DNA of 42,135 nucleotides from Acutalibacteraceae bacterium (GTDB taxonomy: Bacteria > Bacillota > Clostridia > Oscillospirales > Acutalibacteraceae), in assembly GCA_051894195.1 (NCBI GenBank), contig JBJFIB010000135.1, forward strand, positions 1 to 42,135, read 5' to 3'. Each line of letters opens with the position of its first letter. Position 1 is the stretch's first letter. Made by a program: the position numbers and the translations under genes. Positions 8,980 to 17,028 of this stretch are shown here, in pieces. The notes under the pieces are model-generated. The model was not told the DNA's origin, ran no database searches, and was given only the letters and a program-made list of their open reading frames with translations.

Positions 8980-9007
8980 CGCATTATGCATTACGAATTA
9001 CGCATTT
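8980..9007 (-). repeat. Heptad-repeat element, TAATKCG class, inverted orientation
   Basis: The forward strand reads CGCATTA TGCATTA CGAATTA CGCATTT. This is the reverse complement of four TAATGCG/TAATTCG-type units. Confidence 0.75.
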
Positions 9008-9030
9008 TTATAAATCGAGGAGAATAATAA

Positions 9031-10443
9031 ATGATACACAAATACAAACTCGGCGGATATAATATATGCCTTGATGTACACAGCGGTGCGGTTCATATAC
9101 TTGACGATATTGCCTATGATATTCTTGACTACTGCGACGAAAATATGAGCGAACAGCCACCTGAAAAAATGTACACTGAGCTTTCATCAAAATATGATAA
9201 AGACGATTTGACAGAAACATATCAGGCACTGTACTCACTTTATCAGAACGGTCAGCTCTTTTCACCAGATGATTATGAACAGTTTGCCGATATGATGACA
9301 AAAGCACCGATAAAATCAATGTGCATAAACATCTCTCACGACTGTAACCTCAGATGTGAATACTGCTTTGCCGCAAAGGGCGATTTCGGACAGGGACGCT
9401 GTCTTATGTCGTTTGAAACAGCAAAGAAAGCTATTGACTTTATTATTGCAAATTCAGGTACAAGACATAATCTTGAAGTTGACTTTTTCGGCGGCGAACC
9501 GCTGATGAATTTCGATGTTGTCAAAAAGACCGTTGAATACGCAAGAAGTATCGAAAAACAGCACAACAAAAACTTCCGCTTTACAATTACAACAAACGGA
9601 CTTTTGCTTGATGATGATAAAATCGACTACATCAACAAAGAAATGTCAAATGTTGTTTTGTCGCTTGACGGACGAAAAGAAGTTAATGACAGACTGCGTG
9701 TTACACCTAACGGCAAGGGTTCATACGATACTATTGTACCGAAATATCAGAAACTCGTTGCGTCAAGAGGCGACAAGGATTATTATGTCAGAGGTACATT
9801 CACAAAGCATAATCTTGATTTTACAAATGATGTTATGCAAATGAAAAATCTCGGATTTGAACAGCTTTCAATCGAGCCTGTTGTGTCAGACCCTCAGCTT
9901 GATTATTCAATCAAAAATGAGGATTTGCCGGCAGTATTCAATGAATATGAACACCTTGCTGATACAATAATTCAGTCAAGACGCAAGGGCGACTATTTCA
10001 ATTTCTTCCACTTTATGATTGACCTCAACCAAGGTCCCTGTGCAATCAAGCGTCTGCGTGGATGTGGCTGCGGAAACGAATATGTTGCTGTTACACCACA
10101 GGGCGACATCTATCCGTGTCATCAGTTTGTCGGACACGAGGAGTACAAAATGGGCAACCTCAACGACGGCACATTCAACAATGATATGAAACTGATGTTC
10201 GCCAAGGCAAATGTATATTCAAAGGAAAACTGCAAGAATTGTTGGGCAAAATTCTATTGCAGCGGCGGCTGTAACGCAAACAATTTCCAGTATGAAGGCG
10301 ATATTCTTAAATCCCACAAGACTTCCTGCGAGCTTGAAAAGAAACGCCTTGAATGTGCAATTATGATTAAAGCGGCTCTTGCGGATATGCCGTCGGAAAA
10401 CTCACAGTGCGACGGGGACGACTGTTTCGGCGTTTGCAGATAA
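9031..10443 (+). CDS. scfB: SCIFF radical-SAM maturase with a SPASM domain
   Basis: Radical-SAM motif CNLRCEYC, a Cys-rich C-terminal SPASM region (CGCGNEY..., CKNCWAKFYCSGGC), and adjacency to scfA. Confidence 0.93.
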   Translation: MIHKYKLGGYNICLDVHSGAVHILDDIAYDILDYCDENMSEQPPEKMYTELSSKYDKDDLTETYQALYSLYQNGQLFSPDDYEQFADMMTKAPIKSMCINISHDCNLRCEYCFAAKGDFGQGRCLMSFETAKKAIDFIIANSGTRHNLEVDFFGGEPLMNFDVVKKTVEYARSIEKQHNKNFRFTITTNGLLLDDDKIDYINKEMSNVVLSLDGRKEVNDRLRVTPNGKGSYDTIVPKYQKLVASRGDKDYYVRGTFTKHNLDFTNDVMQMKNLGFEQLSIEPVVSDPQLDYSIKNEDLPAVFNEYEHLADTIIQSRRKGDYFNFFHFMIDLNQGPCAIKRLRGCGCGNEYVAVTPQGDIYPCHQFVGHEEYKMGNLNDGTFNNDMKLMFAKANVYSKENCKNCWAKFYCSGGCNANNFQYEGDILKSHKTSCELEKKRLECAIMIKAALADMPSENSQCDGDDCFGVCR

Positions 10444-10460
10444 AAAATTTTTGAAAACCC

Positions 10461-10489
10461 TTGACATACGCCTGTGACAATGGTATAGT
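10461..10489 (+). promoter_or_regulatory. Sigma-A promoter of the infC-rpmI-rplT operon
   Basis: TTGACA (10461-10466), 17 nt, TGgTATAGT (-10 at 10484-10489). Confidence 0.6.
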
Positions 10490-10682
10490 ATGTAGGTACA
10501 ACAAAGTAAAGCACACGCTTTCACCTGTAAAGTATCGTCTGTTACGGGTCAATAGTTATTAACAATACTTGTTTTGGTATTATTATGCTGTTGATGCACG
10601 GACGGTCGGCGACTGTACCGTGCTTTTCTTTATTGAATAATTATCCAGTAATAATGGGATTGAAACTTGGAGGTGCTTTAAC
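10490..10682 (+). promoter_or_regulatory. Structured 5' leader of infC, consistent with L20-leader type attenuation
   Basis: A ~190-nt untranslated leader contains an intrinsic terminator upstream of the infC RBS. This position matches the known L20-responsive leader of Firmicutes. I did not verify the L20-binding fold itself. Confidence 0.45.
10596..10634 (+). terminator. Leader (attenuator) terminator upstream of infC
   Basis: GCACGGACGGTC-GGC-GACTGTACCGTGC, followed by TTTTCTTTATT. Confidence 0.7.
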
Positions 10683-11201
10683 ATTAGCAAGCAGGAACTT
10701 CAGATTAACGAGGAAATTCGTGATAAGGAAATCAGAGTGATTGATTCTGACGGTGGACAGCTCGGAATTATGTCAGCGTCACAGGCTATCGAAAAGGCTG
10801 CGGCAAAAAATCTTGATCTCGTTAAAATTGCCCCTCAGGCAGTGCCGCCCGTATGTAAGATTATGGACTACGGCAAGTACCGCTTTGAACAGGCAAAAAG
10901 AGAAAAAGAGGCAAGAAAAAAGCAGCATATTGTCGATATAAAGGAAATCAGACTTTCACTTAATATTGACACACACGATTTTAACACTAAGCTTTCACAC
11001 GCTCAGCGTTTTATCAGCGGCGGTGATAAGGTAAAGGTGTCAATTCGTTTCAGAGGTCGTGAGATGGGACACCCCGAACTCGGTACCGAAATAATGAACA
11101 AATTTGCTGAGGCTTGTCAGGAATTTGCTTCTGTTGAAAAGCCTGCAAAGCTTGAGGGACGCAGTATGCTGATGTTCCTTGCACCAAAGACAAACAAATA
11201 A
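10683..11201 (+). CDS. infC: Translation initiation factor IF-3, with a non-canonical ATT start
   Basis: GGAGGTG lies 7 nt upstream of an in-frame ATT at 10683. The N-terminus ISKQELQINEEIRDKEIRVIDSDGGQLGI is typical of IF-3. The ORF-track start at 10737 would remove conserved residues. ATT/AUU starts are an established infC feature. Confidence 0.85.
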   Translation: MSKQELQINEEIRDKEIRVIDSDGGQLGIMSASQAIEKAAAKNLDLVKIAPQAVPPVCKIMDYGKYRFEQAKREKEARKKQHIVDIKEIRLSLNIDTHDFNTKLSHAQRFISGGDKVKVSIRFRGREMGHPELGTEIMNKFAEACQEFASVEKPAKLEGRSMLMFLAPKTNK

Positions 11202-11225
11202 CCCAATTTCAAGGAGGACAATATA

Positions 11226-11423
11226 ATGCCTAAGATTAAGACACACAGCGGAGCAAAAAAGCGTTTTAAGCTCTCTAAAAACGGAAAAGTAATTCGTGGA
11301 CACGCAAACAAATCACACATTCTCAACAAGAAAACAACAAAGCGTAAAAGAGGTCTGAGAAAGACTGTTGCCGCTGACAAAACAAATGTAGCAGCAATCA
11401 AGAAGCTCATTCCTTACAAATAA
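11226..11423 (+). CDS. rpmI: 50S ribosomal protein L35
   Basis: [15 protein letters not shown]..., 65 aa, located between infC and rplT. Confidence 0.96.
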   Translation: MPKIKTHSGAKKRFKLSKNGKVIRGHANKSHILNKKTTKRKRGLRKTVAADKTNVAAIKKLIPYK

Positions 11424-11477
11424 TTTTTACTGATTTTTTTGACTAAAACAAATTAACCATTATCGGAGGTATATACA

Positions 11478-11831
11478 ATGGCTCGTGTAAAGGGTGCGTT
11501 GGCAACACGCAAAAGAAGAAAAAAGACTTTAAAGCTCGCAAAAGGTTACTGGGGTGCTAAGAGCAAACACTTCAAAATGGCGAAAGAAGCCGTAATGAAG
11601 AGCGGTAACTATGCATATATCGGCCGTAAGCAGAAAAAGCGTGATTTCAGAAGACTCTGGATTACCCGTATTTCAGCAGCTTGCCGTTCAAACGGTATCA
11701 ACTACTCAACATTTATGAACGGTCTTAAAAAGGCTGGCATCAATCTTAACAGAAAAATGCTCTCAGAAATTGCTATTGCTGATCCTCAGGCTTTCACAGC
11801 TCTCACAGAAAAGGCAAAAGCTGCTTTATAA
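11478..11831 (+). CDS. rplT: 50S ribosomal protein L20
   Basis: [16 protein letters not shown]...[11 protein letters not shown], 117 aa. Confidence 0.96.
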   Translation: MARVKGALATRKRRKKTLKLAKGYWGAKSKHFKMAKEAVMKSGNYAYIGRKQKKRDFRRLWITRISAACRSNGINYSTFMNGLKKAGINLNRKMLSEIAIADPQAFTALTEKAKAAL

Positions 11832-11844
11832 TCCAAGCAAAGAC

Positions 11845-11880
11845 GCACCTAAGATACATTTCTTAGGTGCTTTTTAATTT
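11845..11880 (+). terminator. Rho-independent terminator after rplT
   Basis: GCACCTAAG / CTTAGGTGC with an 8-nt loop, followed by TTTTTAATTTT. Confidence 0.8.
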
Positions 11881-12001
11881 TAAGCACTCAACTTAATAAG
11901 CTGTCAGTTAAGTCGGCTTATTTCGGCACATTAAAGCGTTATTATAAACAAAAATGATACATATATAACATATAATTAAGAATTTGGAGAAAAGAAAGAA
12001 A

Positions 12002-12517
12002 ATGAAAAATATAGTTTTAATCGGAATGCCCGGTTGTGGCAAAAGTACAATAGGCGTTGTACTCGCAAAGACAATGGGTTATCGTTTTTTGGACTCGGAT
12101 TTGCTTATTCAGGAGAGTGAAAACAGACTTCTTTGTGAAATAATAAAGCAGGAAGGTCTTGACGGCTTTAATGCAATAGAAAACAGAGTCAATGCCTCAA
12201 TCGAAGTTGACCGCTCGGTTATTGCAACAGGCGGAAGTGTTGTTTATGGCAAAGAGGCGATGGAACATCTCAGAAAAATCGGCGTTGTTGTCTATATAAA
12301 ACTGCCTTATGACGAGATAGAAAAAAGACTCGGCGACCTCACAAAGCGTGGAGTTTCAATAAAAGACGGACAAACTTTGCTCGACCTTTACAACGAGAGA
12401 GTACCGCTGTATGAAAAATATGCGGATATTGTTGTTGAGGAAAACGGTATGACAATTTCACAGACGGCACTTCTGATTAAGGATAAATGTACTGATTTTT
12501 TTGAAAACAGGAAATAA
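12002..12517 (+). CDS. aroK: Shikimate kinase
   Basis: MKNIVLIGMPGCGKSTIG (P-loop), followed by FLDSDLLIQ and GGSVV. ATG 12002 is preferred over TTG 11984, which has no RBS. Confidence 0.88.
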   Translation: MKNIVLIGMPGCGKSTIGVVLAKTMGYRFLDSDLLIQESENRLLCEIIKQEGLDGFNAIENRVNASIEVDRSVIATGGSVVYGKEAMEHLRKIGVVVYIKLPYDEIEKRLGDLTKRGVSIKDGQTLLDLYNERVPLYEKYADIVVEENGMTISQTALLIKDKCTDFFENRK

Positions 12518-12538
12518 TTTGTTTGAAGGATAAATATT

Positions 12539-13318
12539 ATGATTACAAGCAGAGATAATGAACTTATAAAAGAAACGGTCAAGCTGATTTCAAGTGCAAA
12601 ATTCAGGCGTGAAAAACAAAAATTTGTCGCTGAGGGCGTAAGACTTTGCCGTGACGGTGCAGAATCGGGTGCTGTTATAGTGGCTTTTCTCTTTACACCG
12701 ACGGCGGTTGAAAAATATCCTCAGGATTTTCGTCTTATTTCTTCAAAAGCAGAAAAAACCTATGAGATAAGCGAAAAACTCTTTAAGCAGATTTCCGACA
12801 CAACTGCACCACAGGGTTTTATGTGTATTTTTAAAACACTTGACAAACAGACAACATCGTATAAAATAAGTAATAAGGGTCGTTATGCGGCACTTGAAAA
12901 TATTCAGGACCCGTCAAATCTCGGCACAATTCTCAGAACCGCTGAGGCTCTCGGTACTGACGGTATAATTCTCTCAAAGGACTGCTGCGATATTTATATG
13001 CCAAAGGTTGTCAGGGGAAGTATGGGGGCAGTGTTCAGAATTCCTGTCATTATTGCGGAGGATTTCACGGAATATATTTCAAAGCTGACGCAAAACGGCA
13101 TAAAAACCTATGCGTCAACGCCGCATAACGCTGAGAATATAAATGATATTGATTTTTCGGACGGCGGCGTAATGCTTATCGGCAACGAGGGAAACGGTCT
13201 TAAAGATGAAACAATCAATGCTTGCTTCAAGCGTGTGAAAATTCATATGAAAGGTCGTGCCGAATCGCTTAATGCCGCCGCTGCCGCCGCAATACTGATG
13301 TGGTGTATGCAAGGCTGA
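12539..13318 (+). CDS. TrmH/SpoU-family RNA 2'-O-methyltransferase
   Basis: LENIQDPSNLGTILRTAEALG, LIGNEGNGL and SLNAAAAAAI match SpoU motifs 1-3. The position after rplT parallels B. subtilis ysgA. Confidence 0.85.
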   Translation: MITSRDNELIKETVKLISSAKFRREKQKFVAEGVRLCRDGAESGAVIVAFLFTPTAVEKYPQDFRLISSKAEKTYEISEKLFKQISDTTAPQGFMCIFKTLDKQTTSYKISNKGRYAALENIQDPSNLGTILRTAEALGTDGIILSKDCCDIYMPKVVRGSMGAVFRIPVIIAEDFTEYISKLTQNGIKTYASTPHNAENINDIDFSDGGVMLIGNEGNGLKDETINACFKRVKIHMKGRAESLNAAAAAAILMWCMQG

Positions 13319-13346
13319 AACTACGAAAACGGGGAGAGTGACATAA

Positions 13347-14576
13347 TTGGATAAAAATATATTCTGGATATGGCTGCAATGCTGTCTTGGCGTTGACAAT
13401 CCCCGTATTCACAGAATTTTTGAAGTTTTTGATGACGCTTATCATATATATAACGCCGACGAAAACGAACTCAGAATCAGCGGAGTTTTTTTGCATAAGG
13501 AACTTTTAAAGCTGAATGACAAAAATCTTGATACTGCAAAGAAAATATATAATAAATGTTTTTTGCACGGATATAATATATTTTCTTTACAGGATGAAAA
13601 TTATCCCGACAAGCTCAGAAAAACACCGACACCGCCTGTTGTTATATATGTAAAGGGCAGAATTCCCGATGGGAATCGTCTTTTTGCGGCTATTGTCGGC
13701 ACAAGACATTCAACAATAACAGGCAGGAAAACAGCCTTTTCGCTTGCCTATGACCTTGCAAAAAGCGGTGCGGTTATCGTCAGCGGCGGTGCTATGGGTA
13801 TTGATGCACAGGCTCATCTCGGTGCAATTCAGGCAGGCGGAAAAACCGTGTGTGTGCTTGGCTGTGGAATAAATTACGATTATTTGCCGTCAATGGAAAA
13901 TATCCGCAGCGAAATTTCAAAACACGGTGCATTGATTTCGGAATATCCGCCGGATTATCCGCCGACTAAATTTACATTTCCGAAGCGTAACAGAATTATT
14001 TCGGGAATTTCCGACTGTACGGTTGTCGTTGAGGCGGGAAAAACAAGCGGTGCATTGATTACCGCAAAAGAGGCTGCAAAACAAAACAGAACAATTTTTG
14101 CCGTTCCGGGAAGTATCGAAAGTCAGAGTGCAGTCGGTTCAAATCTTCTTATACAGGAGGGTGCAAAAATACTTCTCAGTGCCGAAAACATTATCGACTG
14201 GTATAATTCAGAAAATCAAAAAAATAATGACGGAAAAATTACAAAAACTCAGATAAACCCCGACTCAATAGCAAACATACGAACCAAATCAGAAAAAAAT
14301 AAAATATTGCCAACAGATGAAAAAACATTGGAAACACACTCTTTATCGCATAAACAGACCGTTAAAGCCGAAAAAAAAGAAAATAAAATTCCCGACGGAC
14401 TGTTGACAGAAAACGCTGTTGCGGTGTATCATACAATTTCAGATACCCCTATTCATGTAAACGACATCAAACTTGCAACAGGCTTAAAGATAAACGATGT
14501 AATTTCAGCACTCTCAGAACTTGAACTGAACGACCTTATTCTTGTTCACTCAGGCAGAAGATACACGAAAAAATAG
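13347..14576 (+). CDS. dprA: DNA-processing protein DprA (Smf)
   Basis: TTG start after GGGGAGAG. The Rossmann core reads IVGTRHST..., SGGAMGIDAQAH, RNRIISG. There is a long Lys/Asn-rich linker and a C-terminal winged-helix-like tail. Confidence 0.9.
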   Translation: MDKNIFWIWLQCCLGVDNPRIHRIFEVFDDAYHIYNADENELRISGVFLHKELLKLNDKNLDTAKKIYNKCFLHGYNIFSLQDENYPDKLRKTPTPPVVIYVKGRIPDGNRLFAAIVGTRHSTITGRKTAFSLAYDLAKSGAVIVSGGAMGIDAQAHLGAIQAGGKTVCVLGCGINYDYLPSMENIRSEISKHGALISEYPPDYPPTKFTFPKRNRIISGISDCTVVVEAGKTSGALITAKEAAKQNRTIFAVPGSIESQSAVGSNLLIQEGAKILLSAENIIDWYNSENQKNNDGKITKTQINPDSIANIRTKSEKNKILPTDEKTLETHSLSHKQTVKAEKKENKIPDGLLTENAVAVYHTISDTPIHVNDIKLATGLKINDVISALSELELNDLILVHSGRRYTKK

Positions 14577-14620
14577 AGTGGAGTGTGGAGAGTGGAGTGT
14601 GGAGTTGTACGAACCGTCAG
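14576..14620 (+). repeat. Heptad-repeat intergenic element, GGA class
   Basis: GAGTGGA GTGTGGA GAGTGGA GTGTGGA GTTGTAC GAACCGTCAG. The first G is the last base of the dprA TAG stop. Confidence 0.9.
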
Positions 14621-14696
14621 TTTTATTTGTTGAGTTAAGTCTGTTGTAATGATAACTTTTAAGAGATAATAAGAATAAATATCCGGAGGAAATTTT

Positions 14697-16790
14697 ATGT
14701 CAAAACTCGTAATAGTTGAGTCGCCTGCAAAGGCTAAAACAATCAAAAAATATCTTGGTAAAGGATATGAAGTTGTTGCGTCAATGGGACATGTAAGGGA
14801 TCTTAACCCGAACAGACTCAGCGTTGATATAAAAAAGAAATTTGCACCGAAATATGAAATAATAAAAGGCAAAGAAAAACTTGCAGACGAACTTGTTAAA
14901 CTCGCCGAAAAAAGCGACTATGTTTATCTTGCAACCGACCCCGATAGAGAGGGAGAGGCTATTTCGTGGCATCTTGCTTATCTTCTTAATCTTGACCTTA
15001 ACGACAGCAACAGAGTAACCTTTAACGAAATTACACAAACCGGCGTAACAAACGGAATGAGTTCGCCGAGAAAGATTGATATGGATTTGGTGAACGCACA
15101 GCAGGCAAGAAGAATTCTTGACCGACTTGTAGGTTATAAGCTCAGTCCGTTCCTTTCACAGAAAATAAGAAAAGGTCTGTCGGCAGGTCGTGTTCAGTCG
15201 GTTGCCGTGAGAATTATCGTTGACAGGGAAGAACAGATAAGAGCGTTTGTGCCTGAGGAATATTGGAGCATTGACGCAAAATTTATTCCAAAGGGTGAAC
15301 GCAAGGCTTTTCCTGCGGCTTTTTACGGCGACAGAAAAGGAAAAATAAAAATTACAAGTTCGGAACAGGCACATCAGATTCTTGATTCCATAAAAGACGC
15401 ACAACCTGTTGTCGAAAAGGTAAAGCACGGCACAAGAAAGCGTCAGCCTGCATCGCCTTTTATCACCTCAACTTTACAGCAGGAGGCGTCAAGAAAACTC
15501 GGTTTTCAGTCAAAGCGTACAATGAAAGTTGCACAGGAACTTTATGAAGGCGTTGACATCAAGGATATGGGTGCCGTCGGTCTTATAACATATATGAGAA
15601 CCGACTCTTTAAGACTATCTGAGGACGCTCTCAATGCCGCCGAATCATTTATCAGGGCAAAATGGGGCGACAAATATGTTCCGGCACAGCACAGACATTT
15701 CAAGTCAAGGGCTAACGCACAGGACGGACACGAGGCTATCCGTCCGACAATGATTGACCTTGAACCGTCACAGATAAAAGACAGCCTTACAAACGACCAG
15801 TACAAGCTCTACAAACTTATATGGGAGCGTTTTATTGCGTGTCAGATGGCTGAGTGTATTCAGAAAACAACACAGGCTGACATAGCTGTCAATGATTATA
15901 TTTTTAAAGCATCAGGCTACCGTGTAAGTTTTGACGGCTATACAGTCCTTTATGTTGAAAGCAAGGACACAGCCGACGACGAAAAGGAATCCGAACTTCC
16001 GACGCTTGAATCGGGAACAATCCTCAGAGTAAAGGAAATGACACCCAATCAGCATTTCACACAGCCGCCTGCACGATATACCGAGGCATCACTCATCAAA
16101 GCACTTGAAGAATACGGAATAGGCAGACCGTCAACCTATGCGGCAACAATCAGCACGATTACTTCAAGAGAATATGTCAAGCGTGAGGGCAAAACCCTTA
16201 TCCCGACGGAACTCGGCGAGGTTTCAACAAAGCTGATGGAGGAGCGTTTCCCGAAGATAGTAAATGTAAAATTCACCGCTCAGATGGAGCAAAATCTTGA
16301 TACGGTTGAAGAGGGCAAATGCGAATGGGTACAGTTACTGACTGATTTTTACGGCGATTTTGACAAAACGCTCAAAAAGGCAAAGGAAGAAATGAAAGGC
16401 GTCAAAATCGAGCTTGAAGAGGACAAAACCGACCTTATCTGCGACAAATGCGGAAAGCCTATGGTTGTAAAATTCGGACGATACGGAAAATTTATTGCTT
16501 GTTCGGGTTATCCTGACTGTAAAAATATCGTTAAGATTGTCAATAAGACTGGTGTTCCATGTCCGAAGTGTAACGGTGATGTTATCGTCAAAAAGACGAA
16601 AAAGGGCAGAGTATTTTACGGCTGTTCAAACTATCCGAACTGCGACTTTGTTTCGTGGTATGAACCTGTAAACGAAAAATGCCCACAATGCAACGCCATA
16701 CTTTTCAAGAAAAAAGGCAAAAAGCCAAAACTTTTCTGTCAGACAGAGGGCTGCGGTTTTGAAAAAGATGCAGCCGAAAGCAACGAATAA
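14697..16790 (+). CDS. topA: DNA topoisomerase I
   Basis: TOPRIM N-terminus MSKLVIVESPAKAKTIKKYLG, the active-site region, and C-terminal Cys4 zinc ribbons (CDKCGKPM..., CPKCNGD..., CPQCNA...). Confidence 0.97.
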   Translation: MSKLVIVESPAKAKTIKKYLGKGYEVVASMGHVRDLNPNRLSVDIKKKFAPKYEIIKGKEKLADELVKLAEKSDYVYLATDPDREGEAISWHLAYLLNLDLNDSNRVTFNEITQTGVTNGMSSPRKIDMDLVNAQQARRILDRLVGYKLSPFLSQKIRKGLSAGRVQSVAVRIIVDREEQIRAFVPEEYWSIDAKFIPKGERKAFPAAFYGDRKGKIKITSSEQAHQILDSIKDAQPVVEKVKHGTRKRQPASPFITSTLQQEASRKLGFQSKRTMKVAQELYEGVDIKDMGAVGLITYMRTDSLRLSEDALNAAESFIRAKWGDKYVPAQHRHFKSRANAQDGHEAIRPTMIDLEPSQIKDSLTNDQYKLYKLIWERFIACQMAECIQKTTQADIAVNDYIFKASGYRVSFDGYTVLYVESKDTADDEKESELPTLESGTILRVKEMTPNQHFTQPPARYTEASLIKALEEYGIGRPSTYAATISTITSREYVKREGKTLIPTELGEVSTKLMEERFPKIVNVKFTAQMEQNLDTVEEGKCEWVQLLTDFYGDFDKTLKKAKEEMKGVKIELEEDKTDLICDKCGKPMVVKFGRYGKFIACSGYPDCKNIVKIVNKTGVPCPKCNGDVIVKKTKKGRVFYGCSNYPNCDFVSWYEPVNEKCPQCNAILFKKKGKKPKLFCQTEGCGFEKDAAESNE

Positions 16791-16800
16791 TCATACTATA

Positions 16801-16829
16801 TTGTAAAAACCGCTAATATATGGTAAAAT
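16801..16829 (+). promoter_or_regulatory. Putative promoter for trmFO
   Basis: TTGTAA, 17 nt, TGgTAAAAT. It would place the heptad element and the conserved hairpin inside a ~190-nt leader. Confidence 0.4.
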
Positions 16830-16830
16830 A

Positions 16831-16866
16831 TAATGCGTAATTCGTAATGCGTAATGCGTAATTATT
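16831..16866 (+). repeat. Heptad-repeat intergenic element, TAATKCG class
   Basis: TAATGCG TAATTCG TAATGCG TAATGCG TAATTAT. The tail is loosely similar to the one after 27598 (…GAC..AAGTTTG.TG.G.TGA). Confidence 0.9.
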
Positions 16867-16981
16867 ATTGCGGACATTAAGTTTGTGCGTTGAATTTTGG
16901 TTTGATGCAAAATTCAGTTGTTGCGTGTAAAAATACAATACACTGATTTTGCGGAAAATGACTTAACGGTAAAAATAACTT

Positions 16982-17012
16982 TGAACGCAATTCGGGTGCG
17001 GCAGCTTGCCGC
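16982..17012 (+). repeat. Conserved 31-nt hairpin module, copy 1
   Basis: TGAACGCAATTCGGGTGCGGCAGCTTGCCGC is identical to 36375..36405. The core hairpin is GCGGCA-GCT-TGCCGC. Confidence 0.9.
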
Positions 17013-17028
17013 TGGAGGTGGAGTTGTT

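Noticed and set aside
16918-17028. N-terminal extensions proposed by the ORF track for trmFO (16918), and similarly for nadD (27933), yqeG (32602), the M50 protease (36399), the peptidase (33875) and the 5547 ORF
   Set aside because: The extensions read through promoters, heptad repeats or the conserved hairpin. They lack RBSs and add residues not present in the respective protein families. Internal starts with good SD spacing restore canonical N-termini.
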